DNA of 64,000 nucleotides from an uncultured cyanobacterium. GTDB taxonomy: Bacteria; Cyanobacteriota; Cyanobacteriia; Cyanobacteriales; Cyanobacteriaceae. Below the pieces are notes generated by a model. That model searched no databases, was not told the DNA's origin, and saw nothing but the letters and a program-made list of their open reading frames with translations. Position numbers and translations under genes: made by a program. Positions 11,264-23,276 of this stretch are shown here, piece after piece. Position 1 is the first letter of the stretch; the number at the start of each line of letters is the position of its first letter. The DNA is taken from positions 32,001 to 96,000 of the forward strand of contig CAVVOP010000019.1 of the NCBI GenBank assembly GCA_963749915.1. The letters are read 5' to 3'.

Positions 11264-11415
11264 TATACCAGCAATCAGGAATCATTCGTGAGAATCAAAT
11301 AATTGTTTTAAAAGGATTCAGAATCCAGAATCCAGTATTGAGTGGAATAATTCTGACTCCCGACTCCTGACTCCTAGTCTCACCAAAATCTCACAAATCA
11401 AAACTGATTGCTATA
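11264..11415. mobile_element. Degenerate TA-flanked MITE (IS630-type ends) with internal heptamer repeats
   Basis: AGCAATCAG (11270-11278) and CTGATTGCT (11404-11412) inverted ends extend imperfectly to GTGAGA/TCTCAC. Internal CAGAATC and CTGACTC repeats. Same end type as 61746-61878. Confidence 0.65.
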
Positions 11416-11579
11416 GAACTTTATTGAAAATAATTAGCGTTTAAGCGGATAAATTGCAAAGGAAATGCTCAAGGGGAAAAAATGAACTCTCTTTTTAAAA
11501 AATCTGCTTCATCGGTAATAGAAAAAAAAACTACGGTGAGCTAAAATTGATCAAATAATAGCAAAGAGAATTTAAGATA

Positions 11580-13499
11580 ATGCACTTAAGTGAAATAACT
11601 CACCCGAATCAATTAAACGGTTTATCCATACGACAGCTAGAAGATATTGCTCAACAGATACGAGAGAAACACTTACAGACGATCGCCGCTACAGGAGGAC
11701 ATTTAGGACCGGGATTGGGGGTAGTAGAGTTAACTATTGGCTTATATCAAACCCTAGATTTAGATAGAGATAAAGTAATTTGGGATGTAGGACATCAGGC
11801 TTATCCCCATAAATTATTAACAGGAAGATACCATAATTTTCAGACCTTACGACAAAAAGATGGCGTTGCTGGGTATTTAAAACGCAGTGAGAACAAATTT
11901 GACCATTTTGGTGCGGGACACGCTTCTACGAGTATCTCCGCAGGGTTGGGCATGGCTTTAGCCCGGGATAGCAAGGGCGAAAATTACAAAGTAGTGTCCA
12001 TTATCGGCGATGGTGCATTGACAGGGGGTATGGCATTAGAAGCTATTAACCACGCAGGGCATTTACCCAATACTAACTTGATGGTAGTCTTAAATGACAA
12101 TGAAATGTCCATTTCTCCTAACGTGGGTGCGATTTCCCGTTATTTGAATAAAGTGCGTTTATCAGATCCGGTTCAATTTATCACTGATAATTTAGAAGAA
12201 CAATTTAAGCATTTTCCTTTCTTTGGTGACGGTGAGAAATTATCCCCAGAGATGAAAAACCTCAAAGAAGCGATGAAACGTCTTGCTATGCCTAAAGTTG
12301 GGGCAGTAATTGAGGAGTTAGGTTTTACTTATTTTGGTCCTATTGATGGTCATAATTTAAAGGAATTAATTGATACTTTTAACAAAGCACATAAGGTGAA
12401 AGGACCTGTTTTAGTCCATGTTGTCACTGTCAAAGGTAAAGGTTATACCCTCGCTGAGAAAGATCAAGTGGGTTATCATGCACAAAGCCCCTTCAATTTA
12501 ACTACAGGAAAACCGATTCCGTCCAATAAACCCAAACCTCCTAGTTATTCTAAGGTTTTCGCCCATACTCTCACCACTTTGGCTCAAAATAACCCCAAAA
12601 TTATCGGTATCACGGCGGCGATGGCAACAGGTACAGGTTTAGACAAGTTACAGCAAAAATTACCTAAGCAATATATCGATGTCGGTATCGCAGAACAACA
12701 TGCTGTCACTTTAGCCGCCGGTTTGGCTTGTGAAGGAATGCGTCCTGTGGTGGCTATTTACTCCACCTTCTTACAACGGGCTTACGATCAAATTATCCAT
12801 GATGTTTGTATTCAAAAATTACCAGTATTTTTCTGTTTAGACAGGGCGGGAATTGTGGGGGCAGATGGTCCTACTCATCAAGGGATGTATGATATATCCT
12901 ATCTCCGTTGTGTCCCCAATCTTGTGCTCATGGCACCTAAAGATGAGGCAGAATTACAGCGTATGACGGTGACGGGTATTAATTATACTGATGGTGCCAT
13001 CGCCATGCGTTATCCTCGTGGTAATGGTGTGGGTGTGCCTTTAGCGGAAGAAGGTTGGGAAGGACTCGAAATTGGCAAGGGTGAAATTTTACGTAACGGT
13101 GACGATTTGTTATTAGTGGGTTATGGCACGATGGTTAATACTGCAATGCAAACCGCCGAAATTTTGAGCGAACATGGTATAGAAGCCACCGTTATTAATG
13201 CCCGTTTTGTTAAACCCCTTGATACCGATTTAATTTTACCCTTAGCCGAGAAAATTGGTAAAGTCGCCACCCTTGAAGAAGGTTGTTTAATGGGTGGTTT
13301 TGGTTCAGCCATTGCCGAAGCCTTATTGGATAACGATGTCATGGCCAAATTAAAACGCTTTGGTGTACCCGATATTTTAGTAGATCATGCCACGCCCAAT
13401 GAGTCCATTGCGGATTTAGGGTTAACTAGCCGTCAAATTTCTGAGCAGATTTTAGACTCCTTTTTTGCGGAAAAACCATCTTTAGCAATTAGCAATTAG
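11580..13499 (+). CDS. dxs: 1-deoxy-D-xylulose-5-phosphate synthase
   Basis: [42 protein letters not shown] and [15 protein letters not shown]. Confidence 0.98.
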   Translation: MHLSEITHPNQLNGLSIRQLEDIAQQIREKHLQTIAATGGHLGPGLGVVELTIGLYQTLDLDRDKVIWDVGHQAYPHKLLTGRYHNFQTLRQKDGVAGYLKRSENKFDHFGAGHASTSISAGLGMALARDSKGENYKVVSIIGDGALTGGMALEAINHAGHLPNTNLMVVLNDNEMSISPNVGAISRYLNKVRLSDPVQFITDNLEEQFKHFPFFGDGEKLSPEMKNLKEAMKRLAMPKVGAVIEELGFTYFGPIDGHNLKELIDTFNKAHKVKGPVLVHVVTVKGKGYTLAEKDQVGYHAQSPFNLTTGKPIPSNKPKPPSYSKVFAHTLTTLAQNNPKIIGITAAMATGTGLDKLQQKLPKQYIDVGIAEQHAVTLAAGLACEGMRPVVAIYSTFLQRAYDQIIHDVCIQKLPVFFCLDRAGIVGADGPTHQGMYDISYLRCVPNLVLMAPKDEAELQRMTVTGINYTDGAIAMRYPRGNGVGVPLAEEGWEGLEIGKGEILRNGDDLLLVGYGTMVNTAMQTAEILSEHGIEATVINARFVKPLDTDLILPLAEKIGKVATLEEGCLMGGFGSAIAEALLDNDVMAKLKRFGVPDILVDHATPNESIADLGLTSRQISEQILDSFFAEKPSLAISN

Positions 13500-13667
13500 C
13501 CATTGGCAATTTATCCCCTCCCCCGTTGAAAGAGTCTTTGGGGCGAAGGTTTCAAGAAATTTGCACAAAATAATTGGCTATGGTTTTAGAAGAAGTGAGT
13601 AAAATTCTTGATGATTATTTCAAAAGTCTTAAGCAAAAAAGAAATTCCTCACTCCTGTATTCCCTTC

Positions 13668-14609
13668 CTAATTATCTTTTGAAAAGTCATCGAACTCACA
13701 TAGCCTTAAATCCCAGTTCAAAGTTATTTTGTCTGTTACCCAAGCAGTAATTAGGCTGTTAACTTCTTCGGGTACTTCATCATGGGGACAATGACCAGCT
13801 TTGAGATAATATTCTGTTAAATTATCATAATATTTCTTGAATTTTTCCCCTCTTTCCTGGGATCGCATCCAAGGATCAGCTTCACCCCAAATATTAAGCA
13901 AAGGACAGGTCATTTTCTGTAGTAATTGATCAATTTTTTCCCCTTGAGGACTTTTAAATACAGAGCCAAACACTTGTAAAGCTCCTTGATCACAAGAAGG
14001 ACGGTAAATATCTTCTACCAATTGATCTGTGATGGCGGTAGAATCTAAATAGACTTTTTCAAGGGTTTTGCGGATGTTTTTCTTGTTGCGTAATCGTTGA
14101 AATAAAATATAGGTAATCCAATTTTGTTTTAATACCCAACCGCTAATTTTTTGCGTCACAGTAGGCTTTGTTGCTACCGTATCAGAAAAAGGACCTGCAC
14201 TATTGAGTAAAATAACCCCTGCCACATTATGATGATACTCGGCGGCGGTACATAAACAGGCATAACCCCCCAAAGAGTTACCAGCGATAACCGTAGGTTG
14301 CTTAATTACTTCTGTGATGAAATCATTTAATTGCTCTCGCCACAGATTACCAGTATATTCCCACCCTGGTTTACCCGATCTGCCAAATCCTAACATATCG
14401 ATGGCCCACACAGAGAAACTTTCTTGTAATTGATGAATATTTTTGCGCCAGTGGTCAGTGGATGCCCCAAAACCATGTACTAATAATAAAGGTGGTTTAT
14501 CCCCTTTTTGTTGTCCTGATTGTATATAGTATATTTTTTCCCCCCGCCACTGCCAATAATTGCCTTCAACGGCGGGTACATGATGAATGGAATTGCTAGT
14601 TATAGTCAT
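13668..14609 (-). CDS. Alpha/beta fold hydrolase
   Basis: LLVHGFGAS, GNSLGG nucleophile elbow, AGHCPHDE. Confidence 0.92.
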   Translation of the reverse strand: MTITSNSIHHVPAVEGNYWQWRGEKIYYIQSGQQKGDKPPLLLVHGFGASTDHWRKNIHQLQESFSVWAIDMLGFGRSGKPGWEYTGNLWREQLNDFITEVIKQPTVIAGNSLGGYACLCTAAEYHHNVAGVILLNSAGPFSDTVATKPTVTQKISGWVLKQNWITYILFQRLRNKKNIRKTLEKVYLDSTAITDQLVEDIYRPSCDQGALQVFGSVFKSPQGEKIDQLLQKMTCPLLNIWGEADPWMRSQERGEKFKKYYDNLTEYYLKAGHCPHDEVPEEVNSLITAWVTDKITLNWDLRLCEFDDFSKDN

Positions 14610-14796
14610 TGATGTTATATTGCAGTTTATTAAGTTATGTTAACTATTATAAACCTCCTCCGATAAAATTCGGTAAAGAATAGAAGACTAGAAGATTTTT
14701 GTGCTCAATAATTAACCATAATTATAGTTTTGTAGTACAGTAAGTTTTAAAAAAACTAACGTATTTTCATTGGTAAAAACTGTTATATCATTATCA

Positions 14797-16221
14797 TTAT
14801 TTGCTCAGTTTATTAAATAAAAATATTTGCTCTTTTTCATGGATTAATTTAAAGTTTTCTTGTTTTTTTAAAAAGTTAATTAACTCTTTTATTTTTTCAG
14901 GAGAACTACCAAATCCGGGATTATCTAAGTTAAGTAAAATGTAGTGAATATCATTGATATTATCATAATTAAAATCATCCGTTGCTAAATAAATCTCTTC
15001 TCTATGACTTAGGTGAGGAACTATTTGTGCCGCCGTTAAAACTGATGCTTTTTTATCAATTAAATTAATAGCTTCATTTGTCGATCGCCATGTAGGTAAA
15101 TTTTTCATGTACAAAGAATTGGGGAAAAAATATACATATTTAGCTAAAACTAAAAAGGCTATTAATGACCAAATTCTTATTTGATAACTTTTCTCAAACC
15201 AAGTCTTATGATTGGCTAAACTAGCTATAATTGTTAAAATTAAAAAGGGAATAATGGGTAAAGAATATTGGTGTATTAAATCTTTTTGAGGTTGATAATC
15301 CGTCAATAAATTGAGAAATAAAGTCGGGATTGCTGGAATTAAATTAGTCAATTCTTGCCAGGCTAAAACTGGAATAACAGGAATAAATAATAATAATAAA
15401 TACTCAAAATTAGCACCAGTAAATAAATAGGAGAAAATAATTTGGGGTTTTAAGATTAAATTTAATAAAATTTCTGTTACCGAATCTCCTAAAAAAGTGT
15501 ATCTACCAACGGCGGCGGCTTCTGCACCACTAAAGTACGGAATAATTAATTGAGTGGCAATAATAAACCAAAAAATGCCACTAAAAATTGCTATCATTCC
15601 ATAGGTTTTTTTGCGATGAAAAAATATTAACCATATACCCATCATGGCCACTGTTAAAGCTAATACCGCTTTACATCCTAAGATGAAAATAATGGAGGAA
15701 ATAAACCAATAAATTTTATTTAATCTTACGGCTAAAATGGCAGTAAAAAATAAAGGTACGGCAATTACTTCTGGATGAAAGTCAAATAAATTAACATTAA
15801 AAATTAGGGGATATAATATATATATTAAACAAACAGTTCTTGCTTTTGAATCCGTTAAATCCATCAACTTCGCTAAATGCCAAATGGGTAAAATTGCGAT
15901 CGCTAAAGCAAAAGCCTGTAAAATAAATAACCAATAAACCGAAGGAAAAATAACATATAAAGGTGCAATTAAATATAAAATCCAAGCGGCATGATCACCT
16001 AAAATATGTAATTCTCGGAAACTAACATAAGGATTTTTTCCTTGGGAAATAAGATAGATACCATTATCAAAAATACCTAAATCATAAGCTGTAGAACTAA
16101 ATAAAAGATGACGAAAACTACTGGCTAAAAATAGAATAATAAAACCAACGATAATATAACATCTGACATTATTAAAACGGGACACAAATTCCTTCATAAT
16201 TATATGATAATGTTTTGACAA
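14797..16221 (-). CDS. DUF2079-family membrane protein (start may be 16197)
   Basis: AYDLGIFDN, ILGDHAAWILY and FDFHPE motifs; multiple TM helices. Confidence 0.8.
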   Translation of the reverse strand: MSKHYHIIMKEFVSRFNNVRCYIIVGFIILFLASSFRHLLFSSTAYDLGIFDNGIYLISQGKNPYVSFRELHILGDHAAWILYLIAPLYVIFPSVYWLFILQAFALAIAILPIWHLAKLMDLTDSKARTVCLIYILYPLIFNVNLFDFHPEVIAVPLFFTAILAVRLNKIYWFISSIIFILGCKAVLALTVAMMGIWLIFFHRKKTYGMIAIFSGIFWFIIATQLIIPYFSGAEAAAVGRYTFLGDSVTEILLNLILKPQIIFSYLFTGANFEYLLLLFIPVIPVLAWQELTNLIPAIPTLFLNLLTDYQPQKDLIHQYSLPIIPFLILTIIASLANHKTWFEKSYQIRIWSLIAFLVLAKYVYFFPNSLYMKNLPTWRSTNEAINLIDKKASVLTAAQIVPHLSHREEIYLATDDFNYDNINDIHYILLNLDNPGFGSSPEKIKELINFLKKQENFKLIHEKEQIFLFNKLSK

Positions 16222-16358
16222 ATTATTTTTATTTATTACACTTAAATCAGAATTTTAAAACAGCACGACTGAGTAATAATAGCTTAACTTTTACCCTATT
16301 AATTAAATTATTTATGTATCCCAAATTATATGATTATGGAAAAAACCAATTATCAATC

Positions 16359-16961
16359 ATGAAATATACTTATATTCTGTTTTATAAACCCTATAACGTA
16401 CTTTGTCAATTTACTGATAATAGCCCTCATGGTGGTGACAGAGAAACCCTTAAAAATTATATTGATATACCCAACATTTATTCTGTCGGACGCTTAGATC
16501 TCGACAGTGAGGGCTTATTATTATTAACAGATAATAATCTAGTAAAACACCGTCTTTGTGAACCTAGCTTTGCCCATCCGCGCACCTATTGGAGTCAGAT
16601 AGAAAACACCCCTTCTCCCCAAGCCTTGCGACAGTTACAACAAGGAGTGATGATTCAAGGTAAAAAAACCAAAAAGGCGATCGCCACTTTATTAACAAAA
16701 GAGCCAGAATTACCACCACGCAACCCTCCTATTCGTTATCGTCGAGAAATTCTCACGGCATGGATAGAGTTAACTTTAACAGAGGGGCGTAATCGTCAAG
16801 TAAGAAAAATGACTGCGTTAGTCGGACATCCAACCTTAAGACTAATTAGGGTAAAAATAGGTATAGATTCCCATTGTGATTTAACTTTAACAGGATTAGA
16901 ACCCGGACAATGGCGTTATTTAACAAAATTTGAACAAAAAAGTCTTGAAAAACTATATTAA
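16359..16961 (+). CDS. rRNA pseudouridine synthase (RsuA/RluE family); likely start ATG 16359
   Basis: FYKPYNVLCQF, GRLDLDSEGLLLLT and EGRNRQVRKMTA motifs. Confidence 0.93.
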   Translation: MKYTYILFYKPYNVLCQFTDNSPHGGDRETLKNYIDIPNIYSVGRLDLDSEGLLLLTDNNLVKHRLCEPSFAHPRTYWSQIENTPSPQALRQLQQGVMIQGKKTKKAIATLLTKEPELPPRNPPIRYRREILTAWIELTLTEGRNRQVRKMTALVGHPTLRLIRVKIGIDSHCDLTLTGLEPGQWRYLTKFEQKSLEKLY

Positions 16962-17590
16962 GAAACTGATTTTTTAGCTTGAATAACTTGTAAACTGCCG
17001 CCAGCGTAAAGTTGATTATCAATGATATTAAAACCAGCGCCAGTGAGTTTATCAGCTAAATCCGTTTTTAATAATTGCCATGCGGTTTCCGTTTCAAATA
17101 ACCACATAAATAACGTTAATCCGGGGATGAACAATAAATTTTGCGGTTGATGCAAGTCGATAAAGGTAAAAATTCCCTTTGGTTTTAACACCCGATAAAC
17201 TTCCCGAAAAATCTCCTCTAATTCAGCGGTAGTCATTTCGTGTAAGGCGACGCTAGTATGGACAAAATCAAAAAAATTATCGGCAAAAGGCATTTTTTGG
17301 GCAAATCCTTCGATAAATTCCGCTTGAGGTACATTTTTTCTCGCTTTTTCCAGAGAAACCATCGATATATCTAAACCCGTTACCTGTTGGGAATAGTTGA
17401 CTAAAAATTTTGTGGTTTGCCCCGCACCACAACATAAATCGAGTATCCTACTATCAGGGTTAATGTCAAGATTTTTCAGTGCCAATTGTCGAAAATGTTT
17501 TTCACCGCCAACGGGTATCGCCGCTAGTTTGGCAATGGTATCATATAGCCACTGATATTGATAACTTAAAGGACGCAGAAAGGTTGCCAT
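16958..17590 (-). CDS. Class I SAM-dependent methyltransferase
   Basis: ILDLCCGAGQ motif I; EVYRVLKPKG. Confidence 0.9.
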   Translation of the reverse strand: MATFLRPLSYQYQWLYDTIAKLAAIPVGGEKHFRQLALKNLDINPDSRILDLCCGAGQTTKFLVNYSQQVTGLDISMVSLEKARKNVPQAEFIEGFAQKMPFADNFFDFVHTSVALHEMTTAELEEIFREVYRVLKPKGIFTFIDLHQPQNLLFIPGLTLFMWLFETETAWQLLKTDLADKLTGAGFNIIDNQLYAGGSLQVIQAKKSVS

Positions 17591-17602
17591 GGTAAAGAAT
17601 AT

Positions 17603-17896
17603 CTATAATTTACTAGAAATCGATCGCAAAACTTCTGGAATTAGGGTATCATCGCTAAATTCTAACATGGTTTCTCGATAACCTAAATAACCTGAATTAG
17701 TAAAAAACAATAGCATCCGACTCAATGCGATCCAAACTTCTGAAGCAAATTCCCAATCTCCATTCATGGGTGTGTAGTCGCTGATAGATTTTAATGCCCA
17801 AAAATAATTATTACGCACGATGGACTTACCTTTTTGATATTGAGGTAAATCTTCTTTATTGATGTAAAGAATGTTATCTTTTATAAATGCTTTCAT
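17603..17896 (-). CDS. Hypothetical protein; likely start ATG 17896
   Basis: ORF upstream of and co-oriented with the methyltransferase; contains a HIP1 site; protein-like composition. Confidence 0.65.
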   Translation of the reverse strand: MKAFIKDNILYINKEDLPQYQKGKSIVRNNYFWALKSISDYTPMNGDWEFASEVWIALSRMLLFFTNSGYLGYRETMLEFSDDTLIPEVLRSISSKL

Positions 17897-18027
17897 GATG
17901 TTTTTTTCATTGTAAAAGGCTTTCTTTATTTTTATTATTCTTACCCAAAGGAACAAAGAATGACATAAATAACGATAAATTATTTAATAATAATATACTT
18001 TGATTTTAGCCTAATTTTAATTTAAAA

Positions 18028-19770
18028 ATGATCCTAGATTTTCGTAATGTTAATACTCTTTGGAGTTCAGTAATTGTTGAAACTTTAGCTAAATTAGGTT
18101 TGAAAAATGCTGTAATTAGTCCAGGTTCACGATCAACCCCTTTAACCATTGCTTTTGCTCGAAATAATCTGATTAATTCTATTCCCATTTTAGACGAAAG
18201 ATCCGCCGCTTTCTTTGCTTTAGGATTGGCTAAAAAAAATAAGATGGCGACAGTTTTAGTCTGTACTTCTGGGACAGCTGGAGCTAACTTTTATCCTGCC
18301 ATTATTGAAGCTAAATATAGTAATATTCCTTTAATTATTTTAACAGCTGATCGCCCTCCTGAATTAAGAAATTGTCGTGCTGGACAAACTATTAATCAAG
18401 TTAACTTATATGGTAATTATCCTAACTGGCAGACAGAATTATCTCTACCTTCTGTAGATTTAGAAAGGTTATTTTATTTACGTCAAACTATTATTTATGC
18501 TTGGGAAACATCCTATTTTCCTTCTAGGGGCGTTGTTCATATCAATATACCATTTCGAGAACCTCTTGCCCCCGTTGCTGAGTCAGAAATTAACAAAGAA
18601 AATCAAACTTTAATCTATGAACAATTATTTGCCAACTTGACCTCTATTAACTTTAATATAACTAACTATAATCTTGATTTAAGTAGGCATTTAAAATTGT
18701 GGCGAACTCACTCTAAAGGAATTATTATTGCAGGGGTCGATTCACCCGATAATCCCCAACTATATTCGGAAGCGATCGCCTTTTTGTCAGAAATATTAAA
18801 TTTTCCCTTATTGGGGGAGGCTTTATCCCCAGTGAGAAATTATAGTCACATCAATGAGAATTTAATTATTAATTATGACAGAATTTTAAGAAATGAGGAA
18901 TATGCCAATAAATTAATACCTAAAATCGCAATTTTATTTGGAGAATATCCGACCAGTAAGCAATTACGACAATGGTTAAATAACCATAAAATTAGGACAT
19001 ATATTATTACTACTAGTAAGGATAATTTAGACGCTTTACATAGCAACTCAATTCATCTTAGAATTAACCCAGAAAATCTCATTAAGTATTTAAAAAATAT
19101 CGAGAAAAAATCATCTCCAAATTATCTCAATAAATGGTTAACTATCGATAAAAAGATAAACATAAATATTAATCAAATGATGGCAAGAAATGAGGAAATA
19201 TTTGAAGGAAAAGTAGCTTGGATGTTATCCCAATATCTCCCAGAAAAAACCCCCATTTTTATTGCCAATAGTATGTCAGTGAGGTATGCAGAATTTTTTT
19301 GGCAAAAAAATAATCGTCAAATACAAGTTTATTTTAGCAGAGGTACCAATGGCATTGATGGAACTTTATCTACTGCTTTAGGCATCGCTTATCAAAACCA
19401 ATCCACTGTATTATTAACGGGAGATTTAGCCCTTCTACATGATACCAATGGTTTTTTAATTAATCAATATTTTCAAGGAAGTTTAACCATTATTGTAATT
19501 AATAATAACGGCGGTGGCATTTTTGAAATGTTACCCATTGCTGATTATCAACCCCTATTTGAAAAATATTTTGCAACCCCTCAATTAGTTAATTTTGCTA
19601 AGTTAACCAAAACCTATAATGTAAATTATAAATTAATAGATAATTGGCAACAATTACAAAACTTACTGAATAATTTGCCTGAAAACGGTATCAATCTTTG
19701 GGAGATAAAAACTAATCGAAAAACTGATACTATATGGTTAAAAGAAAATTTTTTAACCATGCTGACTTGA
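18028..19770 (+). CDS. menD: SEPHCHC synthase (phylloquinone/menaquinone biosynthesis)
   Basis: ISPGSRSTPL, DERSAAFFALG, CTSGTAGANFYPA, RGTNGIDG and GDLALLHD. Confidence 0.96.
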   Translation: MILDFRNVNTLWSSVIVETLAKLGLKNAVISPGSRSTPLTIAFARNNLINSIPILDERSAAFFALGLAKKNKMATVLVCTSGTAGANFYPAIIEAKYSNIPLIILTADRPPELRNCRAGQTINQVNLYGNYPNWQTELSLPSVDLERLFYLRQTIIYAWETSYFPSRGVVHINIPFREPLAPVAESEINKENQTLIYEQLFANLTSINFNITNYNLDLSRHLKLWRTHSKGIIIAGVDSPDNPQLYSEAIAFLSEILNFPLLGEALSPVRNYSHINENLIINYDRILRNEEYANKLIPKIAILFGEYPTSKQLRQWLNNHKIRTYIITTSKDNLDALHSNSIHLRINPENLIKYLKNIEKKSSPNYLNKWLTIDKKINININQMMARNEEIFEGKVAWMLSQYLPEKTPIFIANSMSVRYAEFFWQKNNRQIQVYFSRGTNGIDGTLSTALGIAYQNQSTVLLTGDLALLHDTNGFLINQYFQGSLTIIVINNNGGGIFEMLPIADYQPLFEKYFATPQLVNFAKLTKTYNVNYKLIDNWQQLQNLLNNLPENGINLWEIKTNRKTDTIWLKENFLTMLT

Positions 19771-19863
19771 GATATAAAATGAAAAAAGATAATAATTTTA
19801 CTAAATGTTTTGCTTCCTTATGTGAGATGTATTAAGATCCTGATTCAGCAAAACTAGTTTTTG

Positions 19864-20724
19864 TTAATTGGGTACTTTTATCACTGAACCTAATAAACTA
19901 ATAAATCCACTACCCCAATGATGAACTTCTAAAAAATTAGCAGATTCTGGTGCAGGTTTATATAGTTTAAAAGTTTTCATAATTCCCAGGGTGGCTATGC
20001 TTTCTAATGCACCAACAAAATTAGTATCCTTATCTAAAAAATATTCTTTTTCTGCCCAATATTTCATCTGTTCATTATTCAAGAAAAAACATCCAGAATG
20101 AGGATTTAAAGCACGACGGAAAATCACGGGATTATTCATAACTTGACCTTTTAATTCTGGTTCGTCATTTACATTTTGGAAAGGTGCAGTTACTCTTGGT
20201 AATAAATCTCCATCAACATAACATTTTCCAGTATATTGATTTAATCCTATTTCATAACGGTTAGGTTGTAATAATTTCTGATAATCTGTTACTAGATTAA
20301 ACCAGTTTAATTTAGTAAAAAATTGAGCATCTCGGATAATTATATCATCTTCTAAGTAACAATAATAGTCATATTTATCGATATTTTCTTGCAAAATTTT
20401 ATGACATTCAAATCCTAATAAAAGCGGCTCTGCATTCGTTGTATAATGTTTAAATAAATCTGGTGGTAGGGAAATTTTATCTATTAAATGATCATCACCA
20501 GTTGTACAAATAACAATATCAATATTTGTACTTTGTAAGTTATTAGCAGGAACAGCGATTTTCCCCCCTATATTTATCATTAATTGCGGTTTTCCGAATA
20601 ATTGTTGTAAAGATAAAATAGAGCTTGTTAGGGCTTGTATTCGAGGTACAGGATCCCGTTGCGAGCCATATTTAGCATTTTCTTGTGGACGAAAAAAATG
20701 AGTAATTGTTACTAATATTTTCAT
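19864..20724 (-). CDS. Hypothetical protein, possibly GT-A-fold
   Basis: 286-aa ORF with YDYYCYLEDDII, similar to DxD/EDD motifs of glycosyltransferase-like proteins. Confidence 0.6.
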   Translation of the reverse strand: MKILVTITHFFRPQENAKYGSQRDPVPRIQALTSSILSLQQLFGKPQLMINIGGKIAVPANNLQSTNIDIVICTTGDDHLIDKISLPPDLFKHYTTNAEPLLLGFECHKILQENIDKYDYYCYLEDDIIIRDAQFFTKLNWFNLVTDYQKLLQPNRYEIGLNQYTGKCYVDGDLLPRVTAPFQNVNDEPELKGQVMNNPVIFRRALNPHSGCFFLNNEQMKYWAEKEYFLDKDTNFVGALESIATLGIMKTFKLYKPAPESANFLEVHHWGSGFISLLGSVIKVPN

Positions 20725-20824
20725 AGTTTTTTACTTAATTAAAATATATAAAAAATTTAACAATTAACGATTTAAAACTGTTTATTTTTGGCTAAATATT
20801 TCTGAATCAAAATTAATTGATCGA

Positions 20825-22342
20825 TCATTGTTCATTATCATTATTCTCATCACTATCATTATCATCGTTCATTTGATTACTGGGCATCGCCACCACAATG
20901 GCATCAATAACTTTTCCTACGGCGATGACTTCTAAGCCTATATCAGGAGGATATGTTTGACCTTTCGGCACGATCGCCCGTTTAAAGCCTAATTTCGCAG
21001 CCTCTTTTAATCTTAGCTCCATTTGCGACACTAAACGCACTTGTCCTCCTAATCCTATTTCCCCAATTAGTACTGTACGAGGATCAACTATTCGATCTCG
21101 AAAACTGGCGACAATGGCGATGGCCATACCTAAATCCGCTGCCGGTTCTTCTACTGCCAAGCCTCCCGCCGAGGCCACATAAGCATCTAATTTGGACAAG
21201 GGAATGCCAACTCTTTTTTCTAATACCGCTAAAATTTGTTGTAATCTATTGTAATCTACCCCGGTGGTAGAGCGACGAGGTGAAGTATAACTGGTAGGAC
21301 TAACTAAGGCTTGTAACTCAACCACAAGGGATCTCGTTCCCTCACAGGAGACAATGGTAGCCGTACCCGGAGCAAGTTCATCTCGACTACTTAAAAATAA
21401 CTCAGAAGGGTTAGAAACTTCATCTAAACCGTGATCTACCATTTCAAAGATCCCGATTTCGTGGGTAGCACCAAAACGATTTTTAACAGATCTTAACAAA
21501 CGATGGGAAGCATATCGATCCCCTTCAAAGTATAAGACCGTATCCACTAAATGTTCTAATACCCTTGGCCCGGCGATGGCACCTTCTTTGGTAACATGAC
21601 CAACAATAAAAAGAGTAATATTTTCCCGTTTTGCCACCTGCATCAATGCCGAAGTACACTCTCTTACTTGCGAAACTGAACCCGGAGCAGAATTAAGAGT
21701 GGCAAAATGAAGAGTTTGAATACTATCGATAATAGCAACTTGGGGTTTAAGAGACTCTAACTCTCGTAAAATTTCTTCTAGATCCGTTTCAGCCAAAATA
21801 TAAAGATTAGGTTCAAACACGGCAGGATCTTGACTACCATTATTAGAACCATTATTAGGATCAGGATCATCTTTTATGACCCCAATCCCTAAACGAAATG
21901 CCCTTAATTTGATCTGTTGTCCTGATTCTTCCGCCGATACGTAGAGAATGCGGGGGAAACGAAGGGATAATTGGTTAGCCGTTTGTAACAATAAAGTGGA
22001 TTTACCGATGCCCGGATCTCCCCCAATTAGGACTAAAGAACCTGGAACAATTCCACCGCCTAAAACCCTGTCTAATTCTTGATAACCAGAATTCATGCGC
22101 GGTTGTTCTTCTTCGGTTATGTCAGAAAATTTTACAGATATTCTTGGTTGTGCAGGAGTTGGTTTTTTATTCTGATTACGACTTTGAGATTGCCAACTAG
22201 TACGAGGATTACTGTTACTATTAGGGTTGAGAATTTCCTCTTCTAAAGTACCGTAAACATTACAACCAGGACACTTACCAAACCACTGGGAAGATTCTGT
22301 ACCACAAGAGTTACAGATATAAACGGTTCTGGTTTTTGCCAT
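20825..22342 (-). CDS. radA: DNA repair protein RadA/Sms
   Basis: CxxC...CxxC zinc finger, GDPGIGKSTLLLQ Walker A, KNRFG motif. Confidence 0.97.
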   Translation of the reverse strand: MAKTRTVYICNSCGTESSQWFGKCPGCNVYGTLEEEILNPNSNSNPRTSWQSQSRNQNKKPTPAQPRISVKFSDITEEEQPRMNSGYQELDRVLGGGIVPGSLVLIGGDPGIGKSTLLLQTANQLSLRFPRILYVSAEESGQQIKLRAFRLGIGVIKDDPDPNNGSNNGSQDPAVFEPNLYILAETDLEEILRELESLKPQVAIIDSIQTLHFATLNSAPGSVSQVRECTSALMQVAKRENITLFIVGHVTKEGAIAGPRVLEHLVDTVLYFEGDRYASHRLLRSVKNRFGATHEIGIFEMVDHGLDEVSNPSELFLSSRDELAPGTATIVSCEGTRSLVVELQALVSPTSYTSPRRSTTGVDYNRLQQILAVLEKRVGIPLSKLDAYVASAGGLAVEEPAADLGMAIAIVASFRDRIVDPRTVLIGEIGLGGQVRLVSQMELRLKEAAKLGFKRAIVPKGQTYPPDIGLEVIAVGKVIDAIVVAMPSNQMNDDNDSDENNDNEQ

Positions 22343-22437
22343 AATATCCTGTGTCCTCTTGTTCGGTTCTCATATCACAATCCTATCAAAAAAAATTCCC
22401 TCCACACTAAATAGTAATAACAATTATTGTCGATTTT

Positions 22438-23250
22438 TTAACCGAATTTCCCGCTTACATAATCTCTAGTAGATTGTTCTTGGGGATTACTAAAGATTTT
22501 GTCCGTTTCGTCAAACTCTACTAAATAACCAATTTTGCTACCTTTACCCACCGCTTCAGCATTAAAAAAGGCAGTCATATCGGCAACTCTAGTGGCTTGT
22601 TGCATATTATGGGTAACAATGACAATAGTATAATTTTCCTTTAATTCATGCATTAATTCTTCTATTTTCAAGGTAGAAATGGGATCAAGTGCAGAACAAG
22701 GCTCATCCATTAATACCACTTCTGGTTGGGCGGCGATGGTTCTGGCGATACATAATCGTTGTTGTTGTCCACCAGATAAAGAAAAACCACTTTCTCCCAA
22801 CTTGTCTTTAACCTCATCCCACAAAGCCGCACGACGCAAGGAAGTTTCTACTAACTCGTCTAAACTCCCTTTATAGCCGTTAACTCTTGCACCATAAACA
22901 ACATTATCATAAATGGTTTTGGGGAAAGGATTAGGTCTTTGAAACACCATGCCGATTCTTTTTCTTACCTCCACAGGATCAATATCTTTAGCGTAGAGAT
23001 CTTGTCCTCGGTAAGTAACTCTTCCTTTGAGTTTAAAAGAAGTAATTAAGTCATTTAAACGGTTTAAACATCTTAAAATAGTACTTTTACCGCATCCCGA
23101 AGGACCAATCAAAGCGGTTATTTTATTTTTGGGAATATCGAGATTTACTTCTTTGACTGCTTTATGACTGCCATAGAAAATATCTACATCAATTAATTCC
23201 ATGACCGATTCCTCTAAAAATTCGTCCTGATTCGTCATTGATTCTTGCAT
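22438..23250 (-). CDS. pstB: Phosphate ABC transporter ATP-binding protein
   Basis: [30 protein letters not shown] and DEPCSALDP. Confidence 0.97.
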   Translation of the reverse strand: MQESMTNQDEFLEESVMELIDVDIFYGSHKAVKEVNLDIPKNKITALIGPSGCGKSTILRCLNRLNDLITSFKLKGRVTYRGQDLYAKDIDPVEVRKRIGMVFQRPNPFPKTIYDNVVYGARVNGYKGSLDELVETSLRRAALWDEVKDKLGESGFSLSGGQQQRLCIARTIAAQPEVVLMDEPCSALDPISTLKIEELMHELKENYTIVIVTHNMQQATRVADMTAFFNAEAVGKGSKIGYLVEFDETDKIFSNPQEQSTRDYVSGKFG

Positions 23251-23276
23251 TTTTTTTTCTCCTTTTCTATTTCCTT

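Noticed and set aside
16958..17590. menG assignment because of proximity to menD
   Set aside because: Only generic SAM motifs are visible; I cannot support the specific call.
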